Shown in pieces: positions 14,505-15,549 of a stretch of 15,549 bases of DNA. Made by a program: the position numbers and the translations under genes. Source of the stretch: Gemmatimonadota bacterium (lineage in GTDB: Bacteria > Gemmatimonadota > Gemmatimonadetes > Longimicrobiales > Gaopeijiaceae); NCBI GenBank assembly GCA_039587515.1, contig JBDHII010000077.1, forward strand, positions 1 to 15,549, read 5' to 3'. The notes under the pieces were generated by a model. That model was not told the DNA's origin. It made no database searches and was given only the letters and a program-made list of their open reading frames with translations. The stretch's first letter is position 1. The number at the start of each line of letters is the position of its first letter.

Positions 14505-14631
14505 GTCGACCGATCGGTTGTTTTCAGGTTAGTGGGGACTCCCCCCGGGGGGGGGCAGACTAGCCCACGCGGCGTGCCACATCAAGTTCAGTCGGAGACC
14601 CCGAGCACGGGGAGTGCAATCCGACCCCGTC
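14505..14631 (-). promoter_or_regulatory. Intergenic region upstream of amtB-glnK-glnA. It presumably holds the promoter and nitrogen-regulatory sites, which I did not resolve.
   Basis: This is the only long (127-nt) non-coding gap on the amtB side. I see a weak sigma70-like candidate on the minus strand (TTGATG-N17-TAGTCT) and no convincing sigma54, NtcA or GlnR box. Confidence 0.3.
14541..14555. repeat. C6G9 homopolymer palindrome (CCCCCCGGGGGGGGG) in the amtB upstream region.
   Basis: Read directly from the sequence. It is self-complementary and is flanked by GGGGACT, which can pair with the C-run. A hairpin-capable element CCCCGAGCACGGGG lies nearby at 14599-14612. Confidence 0.6.
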
Positions 14632-15459
14632 TCAGCCGTCCCAGGGCACGCGATAGAGCGAAACCGGCTCAGGAAAGCCTTTCAGCTCCGCCGTGCCACA
14701 GACCTCGAACGGGAGGTTCTTGCCGAGGCAGAGCTCCCGAACGACGCCGGCCGCCAGGATCTCCCCGCTCTCGGCCTCGTCACAGACCCGGGCTGCGAGG
14801 TTCACCACCGAGCCGAAGATGTCGCTGCCGCGAGAGACGGGCTCGCCTGCACTCAGTCCGATGCGGATGTGGAGCGCATGCTCGGGATGGGCCTCCCGAT
14901 GATCGGCGAACGCACGCTGCGTGTCGCGGGCGCAGGCCACGGCCGCCGTGGCATCGGCGAAGGAAGCGATGGCGCCATCTCCCGTGTGCTTCACCTTGCG
15001 TCCGTGATGCCGATGAATCTGCCCGCGCAGCAGGTGATCGTGTGCCTCCATCAGCTCCATCATCTCGTGGTCGCCGAGCTCCTGCACCAGCGCCGTGGAC
15101 CCCACGAGGTCGGTGAACATGAGGGTTCGGAAGGCGGAGACAGGCTCGCCCATCGACCCGATCGCAGCGCCCAGGTCGTCGAAGCTCCCGCCGCCGAGGA
15201 AGGCGGCCACGAGCTCGTCCTCGACGCTGATGATCTCGTCCGCCACGAGCCCGTGCGCCTTGCGATGAACCGCGTGACAGGCCTCCTCGTTCGGCGCCTC
15301 CACCAAGCAGCACACCGTACCGCGCTTCTCGTCGAACCAGTACTTGAGGTACTTGACGCCGTGGGCTTCCTGGGCCTCCAGATCGGCGATGTGCCCCTCA
15401 CGGATGGATTCCGGCGTGGCACCTTCCAGGTTGCGATGGATGTCGAGAAAAAGCGGCAC
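14632..15459 (-). CDS. Class III adenylate/guanylate cyclase with an N-terminal DUF4242-like (SCO4226-type) domain.
   Basis: A GTG start at 15459 gives MPLFLDIHR..., the canonical DUF4242 N-terminus, behind an AAGGGAGGA SD. The ORF track's upstream start at 15528 is probably over-extended. The cyclase motifs are FTDLVGSTAL, HTGDGAIASF, RIGLSAGEPV and GSVVNLAARV. Confidence 0.8.
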   Translation of the reverse strand: MPLFLDIHRNLEGATPESIREGHIADLEAQEAHGVKYLKYWFDEKRGTVCCLVEAPNEEACHAVHRKAHGLVADEIISVEDELVAAFLGGGSFDDLGAAIGSMGEPVSAFRTLMFTDLVGSTALVQELGDHEMMELMEAHDHLLRGQIHRHHGRKVKHTGDGAIASFADATAAVACARDTQRAFADHREAHPEHALHIRIGLSAGEPVSRGSDIFGSVVNLAARVCDEAESGEILAAGVVRELCLGKNLPFEVCGTAELKGFPEPVSLYRVPWDG

Positions 15460-15549
15460 GAATCCTCCCTTGATGTTTGGGCGTCGAGGATCATGGTCAG
15501 GGGCGATGCCAAGATCAAGGCGAGGCACGGCACGGGCGACTGGCCGGCA

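Noticed and set aside
14531-14560. GGGGACT-CCCCCCGGGGGGGGG as a rho-independent terminator for the cyclase gene.
   Set aside because: There is no U tract on the minus-strand transcript after the stem (the sequence is A-rich instead). It is more likely a 5'-UTR structure of amtB.
14574-14579. TGGCAC hexamer on the minus strand upstream of amtB, which looked like a sigma54 -24 element.
   Set aside because: The spacing-correct -12 position reads GTGG rather than TTGC, so the invariant GC is absent. A GAGCAC-N5-GTGCA on the plus strand points at no gene.
14596-14631. Possible tRNA or small RNA in the 127-nt amtB-cyclase gap (GAGTGCAATCCGACC resembles a T-loop).
   Set aside because: There is no GTTCGAATCC-type T-arm, no acceptor stem or CCA context, and the length is insufficient for a cloverleaf.
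1-15549. CRISPR repeats, IS/transposase, integrase, toxin-antitoxin or defence-system genes.
   Set aside because: No repeat-spacer periodicity or terminal inverted repeats were seen, and no ORF had transposase, integrase or nuclease motifs. The window looks like core signalling and nitrogen-metabolism genes rather than a mobile island.

Overview
This 15.5 kb window is high-GC (roughly 67-68 % by eye) and every credible gene is on the minus strand, with no gaps large enough for a missed gene. All long plus-strand ORFs in the six-frame track are antisense shadows of those genes. I saw no rRNA, tRNA, CRISPR array or mobile element.

Gene order along the minus strand, from high to low coordinates:
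1. A class III adenylate/guanylate cyclase with an N-terminal DUF4242-like domain.
2. The nitrogen trio amtB - glnK (PII) - glnA (type I glutamine synthetase), in the amtB-first order known from B. subtilis nrgAB.
3. A flotillin/SPFH gene that is split into two ORFs by an apparent 1-nt frameshift.
4. A 131-aa hypothetical gene whose stop overlaps the next gene's start.
5. A nine-gene signalling block, which is the striking part of the window:
   - a membrane protein with a periplasmic Cache-like domain, a HAMP domain and a stressosome-type STAS domain that has Asp at the phosphorylatable position;
   - an RsbR homolog with a probably heme-binding globin-coupled sensor domain;
   - an RsbS homolog;
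   - a single polypeptide fusing an RsbT-like kinase to an RsbX-like PP2C phosphatase;
   - a second fusion of an unknown N-terminal domain, an RsbU/SpoIIE-type PP2C and an RsbW-like serine kinase;
   - an RsbV/SpoIIAA-like STAS protein.
   No sigma factor is encoded. The block instead runs into a eukaryote-like cyclic-nucleotide-gated K+ channel (S4 arginine ladder, TVGFGD filter, C-linker plus CNBD), then an APH/ChoK-fold kinase with an unidentified N-terminal domain, then a partial hypothetical gene.

Many junctions are 4-17 nt overlaps (ATGA/GTGA), which suggests translational coupling.

My working hypothesis is a sigma-factor-less, stressosome-like partner-switching cascade with gas (globin) and periplasmic (Cache) inputs, two kinase/phosphatase fusion proteins, and a cAMP-gated channel as neighbour and possible output. 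Every family assignment was made by eye from motifs and needs HMM or structure confirmation.
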